A stretch of DNA of 64,000 nt from Candidatus Bipolaricaulota bacterium (GCA_041302525.1 JBFYQX010000005.1:8213-72212), one strand, 5' to 3'. Positions 1-9,659 are shown, numbered from the stretch's first letter. Notes: generated from the sequence alone by a model not told the origin. A program made the numbers and translations.

Positions 1-137
1 GCCGATGGCCCGGCTCACGGTTTCGGAGCCGGGCGAGCAGCAGCCGCTGCCGCACCCTGGCGCGCACGATGTCACGCGTTTGGCGTAGTTCTCTCGGACC
101 GACCTTCGGATCTGGTCGTCGCGGCTTGGATTTCCGC

Positions 138-419
138 TCACGTTGCGATCTCCTCTCCTTGCGTTCGTTCAGCGGCGACGCGCATCATCACGCGGACGCT
201 GTCAGCCAGTTCGTTGGCTTTCACGAGCACGAGGCAGCAAACCCTTCCGCCGGACTCAACCGTTGTCAGCGCGAGTCGATCGCCGGCCACAAGGCCCATC
301 CGATCCCGGACGTCCTTTGGAAGAACCATCTGGCCTCGCTCGTCGACGCGAACGATCGCGGAGACTTGGCAGCACTCGCCACATCGCGTCTCTTCGCTCC
401 GCTTCCGCGTCTCACTCAT
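138..419 (-). CDS. AbrB/MazE/SpoVT-family (looped-hinge helix) DNA-binding domain protein, 93 aa
   Basis: ATG at 419 is preceded by AGGAGG with 5-6 nt spacing. The motif VRVDERGQMVLPKDVRDRMGL is typical of the SpoVT/AbrB swapped-hairpin domain. An unusual CGECC motif lies near the N-terminus. Confidence 0.6.
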   Translation of the reverse strand: MSETRKRSEETRCGECCQVSAIVRVDERGQMVLPKDVRDRMGLVAGDRLALTTVESGGRVCCLVLVKANELADSVRVMMRVAAERTQGEEIAT

Positions 420-634
420 CCATGCCTCCTGTGCTGATAAATCTGAGAAGTCAGATGACGAGGATATGGCGGGACCCGAGAGACGTCAAGTCGCCGGAGG
501 ATCGCAGCAAGCGGACGCGAGAAGAGACGCCGATCCCCTGCACGGCTTTCGAGGTAGGCGATGCCCGGCGCGCCTGCAGAGACGCAACGCGGACCACGAC
601 TGCGGATCGCGCACGGCTCCCTACGGACTGCGTA

Positions 635-994
635 CTACCGGCCCGTCTTCCCTTGCTCCACGAACACGTCCTTCATCACGTCCATCGCGAAGCGTGCGCG
701 AACAGTCGTCGCGCCGTTTCCCATCATGATCGCGACGTCGACGGCTTCCACGACCTCTTCGAGGGTTGCGCCGTGTTCGACCGCCTTCTCGATGTGCCAC
801 TGCATGCACGACTCACAGTCGATCACCACGGAGATTCCGGCGGCGATCAGCTCTTTGTGCCTTCGGCTGAGCGCGCCGTCCGACATAATCGGCGCCTCCA
901 TGTCGGCGACGGCCTTGTAGCCCTTTGACTGATGCGCCGTGAACCAGGCGAACGCTTCCTGGCGCTTCCGCTCGATCTCGCGCAGCTTGTCCAT
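635..994 (-). CDS. carboxymuconolactone decarboxylase / AhpD-like family protein, 119 aa
   Basis: ATG at 994 with an AAGGGAG RBS. The core motif (VVIDCESCMQWHIEKAVEHGAT) matches the AhpD/CMD-family CxxC-H pattern. Confidence 0.85.
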   Translation of the reverse strand: MDKLREIERKRQEAFAWFTAHQSKGYKAVADMEAPIMSDGALSRRHKELIAAGISVVIDCESCMQWHIEKAVEHGATLEEVVEAVDVAIMMGNGATTVRARFAMDVMKDVFVEQGKTGR

Positions 995-1089
995 GTTCAG
1001 ACTCCCTTCTTGCCCCGTTCCGGGGTGCTCCGGTCAGCCTCCGGCATGGTCGTTGGTCCGCGGCCTGCGGTCCGCGCGGGCGGTCGCGC

Positions 1090-2400
1090 CTACGTGGCGT
1101 GGTCGGCGACGCGCTCGTCGAGGTGGCGGACGGCGGGAACGAAGAAGAACACCAAGAGACAGAGGAGGCAGTAGCCGGCGCCGGCGACCACGTACTGCAG
1201 CCCAAGCCCGGAGCCGGGCGTCGTCCCGAGGACGGGGCCGAACGCGCGCGCGAGCCACGTGTCCGACGTCATGGCGGGTTCGGTCACGAAGTCGGCGAGC
1301 GCCCCGGCGACGACGGGCGTGATCGGCAAGAGCGAGAAGGCGATGAGACGCCGCGCCGAGAAGACGCGACCTTGGAGATCGGCGGGCACCTTGGCCTGCC
1401 AGATGGCCTGGGCGGCGCTGTTCGACATGCAGACGGCGAGGGATCCAAGGGCGGCGGTCGGCAGCCAGAACGCGAGGCTTCGCCCGAAGCCGAACAAGAA
1501 GAACCCCAGGAGCCCGAACAGGAACTCGCCGAGGAAGATGCTCGTCATCTTCCGCTTGAAGCCCCCCCACGTGCTCACCAAGAGGCCACCGGCAACGCCT
1601 CCGAGCGCGGCCGCCGACATCACGGCGCCGAGCACGGCGCTCTGGTTCCCGGTGCGCGAGAGGATGAACGGCGTGACGAGGCCCATCCCGGCGACGAAGT
1701 TGAGCGCGGCGAAGAACAGCGCCAGTCCGAGAAGGCCCTTCCGCGCGAAGATGTAACGGAACCCGTAGAAGGCTTCGCGCAAGAGGTGTCCGCGCGCCGC
1801 CGCGCCCTCGATCGAGGCTACCGGGGTCGGGATCTCCACGAGCAGAAGCGTCACGATGGCGAAGCCGAACGTCGCAAGGTCGAGGACGAGAATGCCTGTC
1901 AGCCCCACCAGGGGGTAGAGCGCGCCGGCCAGGACGGGGGCGAGGACTCCGGGTCCCGAGTCGACGAGCCCCATCATCCCGCTGGCTCGTTGGTACTGCG
2001 ACTTCGGCACCATCGTCGAAATCGCCGCAGAGTACGCGGGCCACTGGAACGTGTTCCCGAGCCCCACGAGGACGGTGGTCACGTACAGGTGCCACACCGC
2101 GAGGCCGCCGGTCGTGTGCAGGATGAGGACGGCGACGGTGGCAACGGCTGCAGCGATGTCGCTGACCATCATCATGACCTTGCGGTTGTAGCGGTCGACC
2201 ATCGCTCCGGCGATCGGCGACAGGACGAGGAAGGGGATGAGAAACGAGGTCGACAGCACGCCGAGCGCAGTGGCGCTGCCTGTTGTCTGGTACGCCCAGA
2301 TCGTGAGCGCGAAGCTCGATGCGTTCGAAGCGAGGACGGACACGAGCTGTCCGACCCAGACGAACGCGAAGCCGATCATGCCTCTTGGGCGGGTTGCCAT
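1090..2400 (-). CDS. MFS transporter (DHA3 / EntS-macrolide efflux-like), ~436 aa
   Basis: 12-TM hydrophobic profile with MFS signature (MVDRYNRK). I chose the ATG at 2400 (MATRPRG), which has an AAGGAGG RBS, over the track start at 2484. It is a paralog of the CDS at 25151-26509. Confidence 0.85.
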   Translation of the reverse strand: MATRPRGMIGFAFVWVGQLVSVLASNASSFALTIWAYQTTGSATALGVLSTSFLIPFLVLSPIAGAMVDRYNRKVMMMVSDIAAAVATVAVLILHTTGGLAVWHLYVTTVLVGLGNTFQWPAYSAAISTMVPKSQYQRASGMMGLVDSGPGVLAPVLAGALYPLVGLTGILVLDLATFGFAIVTLLLVEIPTPVASIEGAAARGHLLREAFYGFRYIFARKGLLGLALFFAALNFVAGMGLVTPFILSRTGNQSAVLGAVMSAAALGGVAGGLLVSTWGGFKRKMTSIFLGEFLFGLLGFFLFGFGRSLAFWLPTAALGSLAVCMSNSAAQAIWQAKVPADLQGRVFSARRLIAFSLLPITPVVAGALADFVTEPAMTSDTWLARAFGPVLGTTPGSGLGLQYVVAGAGYCLLCLLVFFFVPAVRHLDERVADHAT

Positions 2401-2428
2401 CGCGTGTCGCCCTCCTTGCGCCGCCCTC

Positions 2429-3343
2429 TTAGGGCTGGATGTACTTGTACCACGACATCGAACGAACCACGTCGGGCCCTCCAATGGCCGCGTAGAGCCT
2501 CTTCGGGATGAGGTCGTAGCCGCCGATGTGCATGACGAGCGCGCCCATGTCGGCGAGCCGGCGCACGGCTTCGGCCATCACGGCCTTCCCGAGCCCTCGG
2601 TGTTGATGCTCGGGCGCCGTGCCGACCGGAGCGAAGTAGCCGGATCGCGTCGCGTCGTCGTACCACATCGTGCAGAACGCGGCCACCTCCCCCGAGCGGG
2701 CGATCGCCACGATGTCGAGGTCCCGCCGGTAGAGGGGCGCCCGCTGCAGGTTGCGATACCAGTCCGGGCCTTGGTACGCGTCGCTAGAATCGTCAGGATG
2801 GAAGGCGCGCCACGAGGCCCAGCTTCGCGCGGGCACCTCCTCGGAACCGCCGAGCGAGCGCACGACGTATCCGGCGGGGACCGGCCCTTGCGGCAGCGGG
2901 CCGGTGAGCTCGAGTCGACGCTGGTCCTCCCAGTGCTCGTGGATCTTGTAGCCCCGCGCCGCGAGCATCCCCTCGCGCAGGCGGTCGCCCTCGCGAGTCG
3001 GGACGATCAATAGGCGCCCCCGCTCCGTTGGCGACGTCAGGTGCCTCTCGGCCGCGTCCACCATGGCGTCTTCCAGCTCCGCCGTCCGCACGTCCGGATG
3101 GACGCTCAAGAAGGCGTCGCCCCCGCCGCTCTCGGACACGGCCAACGCGACCAGCTCGCCGGACGCTGTCTCCCAGAACAGCGCGTCGCTCAAGCTCTGG
3201 TCGCACGTCGCGACCATGTGCCATCGCCAGTAGTCGAACCGCCCAAGCGGCCACGAGATCTCGCGGCGGTGGTTGGCGAGGTACGCCTGCCGAAGGAAGC
3301 CGCGAATACGCCACACGTCGTCTTCATGCTCCAAGTGCCTCAT
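2429..3343 (-). CDS. two-domain GNAT family N-acetyltransferase, ~304 aa
   Basis: Two tandem GNAT-like halves. The C-terminal half carries an acetyl-CoA-binding motif (QHRGLGKAVMAEAVRRLADMG). The start at 3343 (MRHLEHEDD) is tentative because the RBS is weak. Confidence 0.7.
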   Translation of the reverse strand: MRHLEHEDDVWRIRGFLRQAYLANHRREISWPLGRFDYWRWHMVATCDQSLSDALFWETASGELVALAVSESGGGDAFLSVHPDVRTAELEDAMVDAAERHLTSPTERGRLLIVPTREGDRLREGMLAARGYKIHEHWEDQRRLELTGPLPQGPVPAGYVVRSLGGSEEVPARSWASWRAFHPDDSSDAYQGPDWYRNLQRAPLYRRDLDIVAIARSGEVAAFCTMWYDDATRSGYFAPVGTAPEHQHRGLGKAVMAEAVRRLADMGALVMHIGGYDLIPKRLYAAIGGPDVVRSMSWYKYIQP

Positions 3344-3854
3344 CAGGAAGTTCACAACAGGTCCTTTCGTCAAATGGGCTCTGTGCATCCACGCGGGATG
3401 CGCTGTTCGCGCGGTCCGAGGACATCGAGGAACGCCGCACCAGATCGGCTGTGGGTTCGGTAGGCAAAGAGAAGACAACACCCAAGAGAGCGGGTCACGG
3501 TGCTTCGGTCCGTCCTACGAATCGGTCCGCAGTCCGCGAGCTATTCCACTGGGTTCATCTCCTCTTTCTGCACCGAGCGCTGTGTGCGAGCTTGTGTCAA
3601 GCCCTCGCTCGGGTGAGATGGGGCGTAGTATGAGCGATGGCTTGTTCTGCGACAACGTGAGCTGCTGCGCCGGGTCTCGCGCGGCGGGCTCGGGCGCTCG
3701 AGGGGGGGCGCCGGGCCAAGGTGGTTGCCGGTCAAGCGCGCGAGGCTCTGCCGATCGCGGGATCGGGAGTCCCGCGACGGAAGGGACCGCGTGCGGCGCG
3801 CGCCGTGGAGCACCGAGGCGACGTGGGTGGCAGCCGCCGCGCGCAGCTCCTACC

Positions 3855-4451
3855 ATGCCGGCGATGAACGCCGTGCGGAAGGCCGTCATCGTCGCGGGGC
3901 CGAATGGGGCGGGGAAGTCCACATTCGTGCACCAGTACCTGGAGACCCACCCTGGGTTCGTCTATCTGTGCGCCGACGACATCGCGCTCGAACTCTGCCC
4001 AAGCCGCCCGGAGACGGCGTACATCAGCGCGGGCAAAGTCTTCTTCCGCCGGCTGCGCGTCCTTGTCGCCGAGCAGCGGAGCTTCATCACCGAGGTCACG
4101 CTCTCGAGCTCCCGTCTCGCTCGGCACTTCGCCCGTTTCCGCGCCGCCGGCTACCAGGTCGAACTGGTGTTCATCCACCTGGAGTCGGCCGAGCTGTGCG
4201 TGGCCCGCGTCGCGGAGCGCGTTCGCAAGGGCGGCCATCGGGTGGCCCCGGCAGACGTCCGGCGAAGGTACCGGCGGAGCGTGGACAACTTCTGGCACCG
4301 TTACCGGCCGATTGCCGACGGGTGGTTCTTGATGCAGAACTCGTCCCAGTCGTTCAGCCTCGTTGCCTACGGCACAAACGCGTCCTTGATCGTCGAGGAC
4401 TCGCCGTTGTATGATGCCTTCTTAAGAGGTCTAGTGGATGCAACGTCCTAA
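3855..4451 (+). CDS. zeta-toxin-like / COG4185-type P-loop ATPase (AAA_33-like), ~198 aa
   Basis: Walker A motif GPNGAGKST sits directly after the start, in a ~190-aa single-domain P-loop fold. ATG at 3855 (MPAMNAV); the upstream frame is low-complexity R/G-rich with poorer GC3. Confidence 0.7.
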   Translation: MPAMNAVRKAVIVAGPNGAGKSTFVHQYLETHPGFVYLCADDIALELCPSRPETAYISAGKVFFRRLRVLVAEQRSFITEVTLSSSRLARHFARFRAAGYQVELVFIHLESAELCVARVAERVRKGGHRVAPADVRRRYRRSVDNFWHRYRPIADGWFLMQNSSQSFSLVAYGTNASLIVEDSPLYDAFLRGLVDATS

Positions 4452-4728
4452 GACGAATCGGGTGGGGCTGAGAGAGCAAGCGCGGCATCTTGAGCGCATC
4501 GGCGCCGAAGCGGCGCGACGAGCGCAACAGGAGAGCCGTCGCCGCGGCGTGCCGAATGTCTATTCGTGGCGCGGTCGGCTGGTCTTCGAACACCCGCACT
4601 CTGGTCGACTGCTGAACTTCGATCCCGCGGCGCCGCGCACGCTGCGGGCCGTGGGTGCCCTCTCGCGGGGCTTCCGCCAAGCTGGCCGCCATCTCCAGAT
4701 CTTCCTCCGCGCAACGCGGTTCGAGTAA
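4438..4728 (+). CDS. hypothetical small basic protein, 96 aa, overlapping the stop of the upstream ATPase gene
   Basis: ATG at 4438 follows an AAGAGG-like RBS and overlaps the upstream stop by 14 nt. Arg-rich, no recognisable domain. GC3 is somewhat below the window norm. Confidence 0.3.
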   Translation: MQRPKTNRVGLREQARHLERIGAEAARRAQQESRRRGVPNVYSWRGRLVFEHPHSGRLLNFDPAAPRTLRAVGALSRGFRQAGRHLQIFLRATRFE

Positions 4729-4767
4729 CGAAGTGCCCGGAGCCTTCCGGTACCTCATCTTGTGATC

Positions 4768-5337
4768 TCATCGCGACGCCGTGTTGTTGAAGAGTGCCCG
4801 GCTCTTGAACGGGATGAGCGCGAGGGAGACGGCCTGCTGATAGAGCGCCACGCGGTCGATGGCGTCACCCGTCAGGAGCCCCACGGCGCCGGTGTCCCGC
4901 TTGGAGTCCGTCTTGCCAAACACTCGGTCGTCGGCGACGCCAAGCTCGAGGCCTTGGCGCACGAGTCCAGCGACGGCTGCGGGGAGGAAGAATGTCGCCG
5001 TCCGCGCTTGCCCTATGTCGCTGTCTGACTGCACCGCGACCCACGCGTACGCGGTCATCTCGTCGCCGAGGTCGGTGACCCCGCCCTCGATGCCGACCCA
5101 GTAGTCGGCCTGCGGCGCCAGGCGCTGCGCGGCCATCGCGCGGCCGCACGCCCCGCGCCGGGTTTCGTCATCGCCGTGGGGCTGCGCTGCGGCGCATGCC
5201 GGGACGGGCTGGCTGCGCACCTCGACCACCGCCGCGGGGAACATGGCTGCGAAGCCGCGCGCCGTAGCGCGGAGCTTGACTGGATTCGTCGACGCAACGA
5301 CCACGACGACGCGCTCCTCGCTGTGCACGCGATTCAC
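4768..5337 (-). CDS. yjjX: inosine/xanthosine triphosphatase, YjjX (DUF84) non-canonical purine NTP phosphatase family
   Basis: Strong match from memory to E. coli YjjX (VVVVVASTNPVK..WVGIEGG..ATFFLP..YQQAVSLALIPF). Start is ambiguous: GTG at 5337 or 5328, or TTG at 5379. Confidence 0.75.
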   Translation of the reverse strand: MNRVHSEERVVVVVASTNPVKLRATARGFAAMFPAAVVEVRSQPVPACAAAQPHGDDETRRGACGRAMAAQRLAPQADYWVGIEGGVTDLGDEMTAYAWVAVQSDSDIGQARTATFFLPAAVAGLVRQGLELGVADDRVFGKTDSKRDTGAVGLLTGDAIDRVALYQQAVSLALIPFKSRALFNNTASR

Positions 5338-5353
5338 CGCCTCGTCCGCCGCC

Positions 5354-5635
5354 TTACCCGCTGCGGCTCGTGATCTCAATCAGGTGGTAGCCGAACTTCG
5401 TCTGCACGGGTCCGTGCACGACCCCAACGGCGTCGTGGAACACCACGTGGTCGAACTCAGCGACCATTTGGCCGGGGCCGAACTCGCCGAGATCGCCGCC
5501 CGATGCGCCCGATGGGCACTTCGAATGCTCTGCCGCCAGCGCGGCGAAGTCCGCACCGCTCTCGATCTCGCGGAGGAGGGTCTCCGCCTCTTCGTACGTG
5601 CTGACGAGGATGTGTCGCGCCTGTGCTTTCGCCAT
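5354..5635 (-). CDS. parvulin-type peptidyl-prolyl cis-trans isomerase (PpiC), 93 aa
   Basis: ATG at 5635. Single rotamase domain, ending FGYHLIEITS like parvulin/Par10. Confidence 0.8.
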   Translation of the reverse strand: MAKAQARHILVSTYEEAETLLREIESGADFAALAAEHSKCPSGASGGDLGEFGPGQMVAEFDHVVFHDAVGVVHGPVQTKFGYHLIEITSRSG

Positions 5636-5746
5636 GTCGTCTCCTTGATCGTGCGGCCAAGGATACCCGACGCGCGGGGCACACGACACGCGCCGGGTGT
5701 TGCAAACCTCCGTCTGGATGGTAGGATTCGGTCTGGTGAGGTGGCG

Positions 5747-6562
5747 ATGAGGGCACGAGAAGGGCTTCGATGCATGGCTGTAGCGCTCTTGGTGGTCTCG
5801 GCGCGCGCCTTCTGCGCTGTAGGTCAGGGTGCGTTGTCCGAAGTGCCGGACCTCTCGGGCTGTTGGGTGATGGTGCAGGTGATGCCGGCCTTGACCTCCC
5901 TCCCCCTCGTGGGCGCGGTCGAGCTGACGACGATCACTGGGACGGTCGTCGAGGTCGAACAAGACGGCACGGAGCTTATCTTGCGCGATACGGTGTGCTT
6001 CACCGACGTCGAGATGTCGCCGCCGGTCGCGACGAGCCAGGTGCCCGCAGGGTTCATCGCCTCGCTTGACCCGGCGCCACGCAGGGCGCGCCTTGAGGCG
6101 CGCGGTGCGGGCTGGACCTTGGTCCAGCCCTACCAGGTCGACGTCCGGGGCGCCATGCTGGCCGTTCCCGAGTCCGAGTCCCTGCCGACCGACGCGGACG
6201 ATCCGCGCGTCTGGGACCAAGACGGAGACGGCCATCCGGGCCTCACGGTCGCGGTGCAGGTTGCGGGGATCGTCACGGGGAAGACCTACGTGGTTGAGCG
6301 GCTCGGCTACGACCTCTGTGGCGAGTGGGTCGATCCGAACACGATTCTGGGAACCATGACCTGGACGAGCGAGCACGTCGTTCTTGCAGCGACCAACGTC
6401 CTGCTGTGCATGTCCTACAGCTACGCGCCGCATCCGGACCCAACGCGCAGCTCGTTCGTCATGCGCCGCATGGATCCGGCGTGGACCTGCGAGACCATCC
6501 GGGCGCTCCTGCCAGACCTCGTGCGCCTGGCGTCCCTGCCTCTTGCGACGGCCAGCGATTGA
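5747..6562 (+). CDS. hypothetical secreted protein with several Cys, 271 aa
   Basis: N-terminal signal-peptide-like segment (MRAREGLRCMAVALLVVSARAFCAVGQG). High GC3. No recognisable domain. Confidence 0.55.
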   Translation: MRAREGLRCMAVALLVVSARAFCAVGQGALSEVPDLSGCWVMVQVMPALTSLPLVGAVELTTITGTVVEVEQDGTELILRDTVCFTDVEMSPPVATSQVPAGFIASLDPAPRRARLEARGAGWTLVQPYQVDVRGAMLAVPESESLPTDADDPRVWDQDGDGHPGLTVAVQVAGIVTGKTYVVERLGYDLCGEWVDPNTILGTMTWTSEHVVLAATNVLLCMSYSYAPHPDPTRSSFVMRRMDPAWTCETIRALLPDLVRLASLPLATASD

Positions 6563-6618
6563 CCTGGCCGCCTCGGAGCGGCTAGGCTGCGTCGCGAACC
6601 GCGAAGGGAGGTGCAGGG

Positions 6619-7188
6619 ATGAAGCTGGCGCTCGGTATCCTCGCTGTCATCACGCTGGCCGCCGTGAGTTTTGTGAGTGTCCGCGACGGACAGCCGAGGA
6701 CCGTGGACAAGGTCGATCTGCAGAGGTACATGGGGTTGTGGTACGCGGTGGCGCACATTCCCACCTCGTTCGAGGCTCGCTGCGCCCAGGGCACGACGGC
6801 CTACTATGCGTTGCTTTCCAACGGCCAGGTCGAGGTGACCAACACCTGCTACGATGCGGCCGGCAAGCCGTCTAGCGTGGTGGGACGGGCGTGGATTCCC
6901 GAACCCTCCGCGCCCGGGAAGCTCAAGGTGAGCTTCGTTCGCCTGCTCGGCCTCTCGTTCTTCCCGGCGGACTACTGGATCCTCGACCTCGCTGCGGACT
7001 ACAGCTACGCCGTTGTCGGCAGCCCGTCGGCGTCCTTCGGCTGGATCTTGAGCCGCACGCCGACTCTGCCCGAAGCCGTGCAGAACGGCATCTACGCCCG
7101 ACTCGAGGCGAATGGCTACCGCCGTACGCAGTTCGTCGCCATCGACCAGACGATGAGCCTGTCCAAGCGGCTGGCCCCCGGGCGCTAG
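6619..7188 (+). CDS. blc: bacterial lipocalin (Blc family)
   Basis: RBS GGGAGG. Signal/lipobox-like N-terminus and the lipocalin signature YMGLWYAVAHIP. Confidence 0.85.
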   Translation: MKLALGILAVITLAAVSFVSVRDGQPRTVDKVDLQRYMGLWYAVAHIPTSFEARCAQGTTAYYALLSNGQVEVTNTCYDAAGKPSSVVGRAWIPEPSAPGKLKVSFVRLLGLSFFPADYWILDLAADYSYAVVGSPSASFGWILSRTPTLPEAVQNGIYARLEANGYRRTQFVAIDQTMSLSKRLAPGR

Positions 7189-7233
7189 GCGTTGCGGCAC
7201 GATCGGTCGAGGGATACCGTGACGCCGGAGGCG

Positions 7234-8019
7234 ATGTCGATGAAGCTCCTGACGGGCAAGACCGGGCTTGTGTTCGGCGTGGCCAACGAACGCAGCCTCG
7301 CCTGGCACATCGCGCGCTGCGCGCTGGCCGAGGGCGCGGCGTGCGGGTTCCCGTACTTCCCGGGCGAGAAGATGGAACGGCGCGTCCGCAAGGCGCTCGA
7401 TGACGGCGGCGCGACCGACGCGTGGATCTTCCCGTGTGACGTGGCCCGCGATGAGGATCTCGACCGTCTGTTTGGGGCCGTCGGCGAGCGGTTCGGACGC
7501 CTCGATTACGTCGTGCACTCGATCGCCTACGCTGACCGCGCGTACCTCCAGCCGGGGCGGTTCGCCGAGACGCCGCGGGCAAGTTTCGCCGAGGCGCTGG
7601 ACATCTCCGTGTACTCATTGCTGGCGATCGCGCGGCGCGCCCGGCCGCTGATGACATCGGGAGGGGCGATCCTGACGCTCACTTACTACGGCGCGGAGAA
7701 GGCCGCCTCGGGCTACAACGTGATGGGCGTAGCCAAGGCGGCGCTCGAGTCTGCGGTTCGGTACCTGGCGGCCGAACTGGGCCCGAACGGGATCCGCGTC
7801 AACAGCCTCTCCGCTGGTCCCTGCCGGACGCTCTCGGCGATGGCCGTCGGCGGAATCGACGAGATCCTGGCGAAGGTCGAGGTCGCGGCGCCGCTGCGCC
7901 GCAACATCGAGGCCGACGAGGTCGGGCGGGCGGCCGTCTACCTCCTGTCCGACCTGTCATCCGGCGTGACCGGGGAGACCCACCACGTCGACGCGGGATA
8001 CCACGCGATCGTGACCTAG
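7234..8019 (+). CDS. fabI: enoyl-[acyl-carrier-protein] reductase (NADH), FabI
   Basis: SDR fold with LLTGKTGLVFGVAN, Y-x6-K motifs and the FabI C-terminal GETHHVDAGYH. ATG at 7234 (MSMKLL). Confidence 0.9.
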   Translation: MSMKLLTGKTGLVFGVANERSLAWHIARCALAEGAACGFPYFPGEKMERRVRKALDDGGATDAWIFPCDVARDEDLDRLFGAVGERFGRLDYVVHSIAYADRAYLQPGRFAETPRASFAEALDISVYSLLAIARRARPLMTSGGAILTLTYYGAEKAASGYNVMGVAKAALESAVRYLAAELGPNGIRVNSLSAGPCRTLSAMAVGGIDEILAKVEVAAPLRRNIEADEVGRAAVYLLSDLSSGVTGETHHVDAGYHAIVT

Positions 8020-8134
8020 GCGGTGACGGCGCGGCCGGCCGATCTCGAGAGCACGGAGCCCCATCCGGCACGTGGCGTGCACGCCCGGACCCATGGTTGG
8101 GCCCTGCTCAGAGAGGGGGAGGCGGCTTTGTGGC

Positions 8135-9394
8135 CTATGCGCCGCGCGCGCTCGGCGCGGCACGGTGGCGGCTCACATAGAGCGCGCCGCCGCGCCGTGT
8201 GGCCGTCGGCTGACGGAACGACCGCGGAAGAGCCGGCGCCGTCCTGGTCGCGAACTGCGTCTCCGGAACAAACGCGCCGTAGTCGAATCCTTCGAGTCGT
8301 CGCCGTTCCATCGGTGCGCCGATGGCCCGCTCGATGCCGCGGATCATCAGGCTGTCTGCTGGCGATGCCAACGTGAACGCTTCGCCCACGGCCTCGGCGC
8401 GGCCGGTTCGCCCGATGCGATGCACGTACGCGTCCACCGTATTCGGGACGTCCAGGTTGATGACGTGCGTGATCGCCGAGACGTCGATCCCGCGCGCAGC
8501 GACGTCTGTCGCGACGAGGATGTCGTAGCGCTTGCCGCGGAACCCGTCGATGGCCGCCTGACGCTGGGCCTGCGACATGTTCCCCTGGAGAGCCGCCGCG
8601 CGGTGCCCGGCCTTCGCAAGAATGCGCGCCAGGTTGTGCGCCTTGTGTTTCGTGCGCGTGAACACCAGCACGCGGCCGGTCGCCGTTCGCTTGAGCAGCG
8701 CGAGCAGGAGGTTCGTCTTCTGGGTCTCGTGAACCGGGTAGAGCGCATGGGAAACCGTCTCTGCCGGGGCGATGGCGCCGATCTGCACGGTCGCCGGGTC
8801 CTGGAGGATGCTCTGCGCGAGTTGACGGATGTCGCTCGGCATCGTGGCGCAGAAGAAGAGCGTCTGACGTCGCGCCGGGACGCTGCGAAGGATCTGGCGG
8901 ATGTCCGGCAGGAATCCCATGTCGCACATACGGTCCGCCTCATCCAGCACGAGGACTTCGACGCGCGATAGGTCGATGTCGCCCTCGCGCAGGTGGTCGA
9001 GCAGTCGGCCGGGGCAGGCGATGACGATGTCGGCGCCTCGCCGCAGGGCGTCCAGCTGGGGTCGCTTGCTCACTCCGCCGTAGATGGCCACGCTGCGCAG
9101 CGGCGTGTGGCGGCCGAATCCGACCGTTGCCTGGTGGATCTGCTCGGCCAGTTCGCGCGTCGGGGCGAGGATGAGGGCGCGGACTCCGCCGCGGGGACCG
9201 CGAACGAGGCGGTCGAGGATGGGAAGCATGAACGCAGCGGTCTTGCCGGTGCCCGTTTGCGCCAGTCCGAGGACGTCACGCCGCGCCAGGACGACCGGAA
9301 TGGCCTGTTCCTGGATGGGCGTAGGGGTTTGATAGCCGACCGAGTTGACTCCGGAAACAATGTGCGGGTGAAGCGAGAACTGCTCGAAACTCAC
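8135..9394 (-). CDS. DEAD-box ATP-dependent RNA helicase, ~419 aa
   Basis: Q-motif, Walker A AQTGTGKT, DEAD, SAT and HRIGRTGR motifs. GTG at 9394 is preceded by CCAAGGAGGCC. The longer upstream track ORF is a non-coding extension. Confidence 0.9.
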   Translation of the reverse strand: MSFEQFSLHPHIVSGVNSVGYQTPTPIQEQAIPVVLARRDVLGLAQTGTGKTAAFMLPILDRLVRGPRGGVRALILAPTRELAEQIHQATVGFGRHTPLRSVAIYGGVSKRPQLDALRRGADIVIACPGRLLDHLREGDIDLSRVEVLVLDEADRMCDMGFLPDIRQILRSVPARRQTLFFCATMPSDIRQLAQSILQDPATVQIGAIAPAETVSHALYPVHETQKTNLLLALLKRTATGRVLVFTRTKHKAHNLARILAKAGHRAAALQGNMSQAQRQAAIDGFRGKRYDILVATDVAARGIDVSAITHVINLDVPNTVDAYVHRIGRTGRAEAVGEAFTLASPADSLMIRGIERAIGAPMERRRLEGFDYGAFVPETQFATRTAPALPRSFRQPTATRRGGALYVSRHRAAPSARGA

Positions 9395-9659
9395 AGAAAG
9401 GCCTCCTTGGGCCGGTGAGCCAAGTCGCACGCTGGGCTCATGACGCTTGGTTGTTGTCGACGGTTGTTGGCGTGTGCGATCCAGTTCGTTGTCTGATGAT
9501 GAACCGATTGTACCGCGCCGCGCGCGCGAATCCAGGCCAAAGCCGCGCGCTTCCGCGCCGCGCGACGCGCATCGATGGACGTTCCCGAGGAACCGCGATA
9601 GGATCAGAGTCCTGCGGACGGCTCTGCGCACGCCCGCAGCGAAGTAGAAGGGGGAGAAG

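Noticed and set aside
1034-2511. Long ORFs 1034-2095 (-), 1099-2511 (+) and 1259-1756 (+) overlapping the first MFS gene
   Set aside because: These are alternative or antisense frames of the MFS gene. Their translations are low-complexity and R/P/G-rich with no hydrophobic-helix periodicity, unlike the real frame.
3617-3854. Possible earlier start (MSDGLFCDN...) for the zeta-like ATPase, or an upstream antitoxin ORF
   Set aside because: The extension is an R/G-rich low-complexity stretch with non-coding-like third positions. No separate ORF with an RBS ends near the ATPase start.
6421-7518. 365-aa ORF on the minus strand spanning the lipocalin and fabI region
   Set aside because: It is antisense to two well-supported genes. 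Arg/Ala/Gly-rich translations like this are typical of the reverse strand of high-GC coding sequence. No RBS and no domain.
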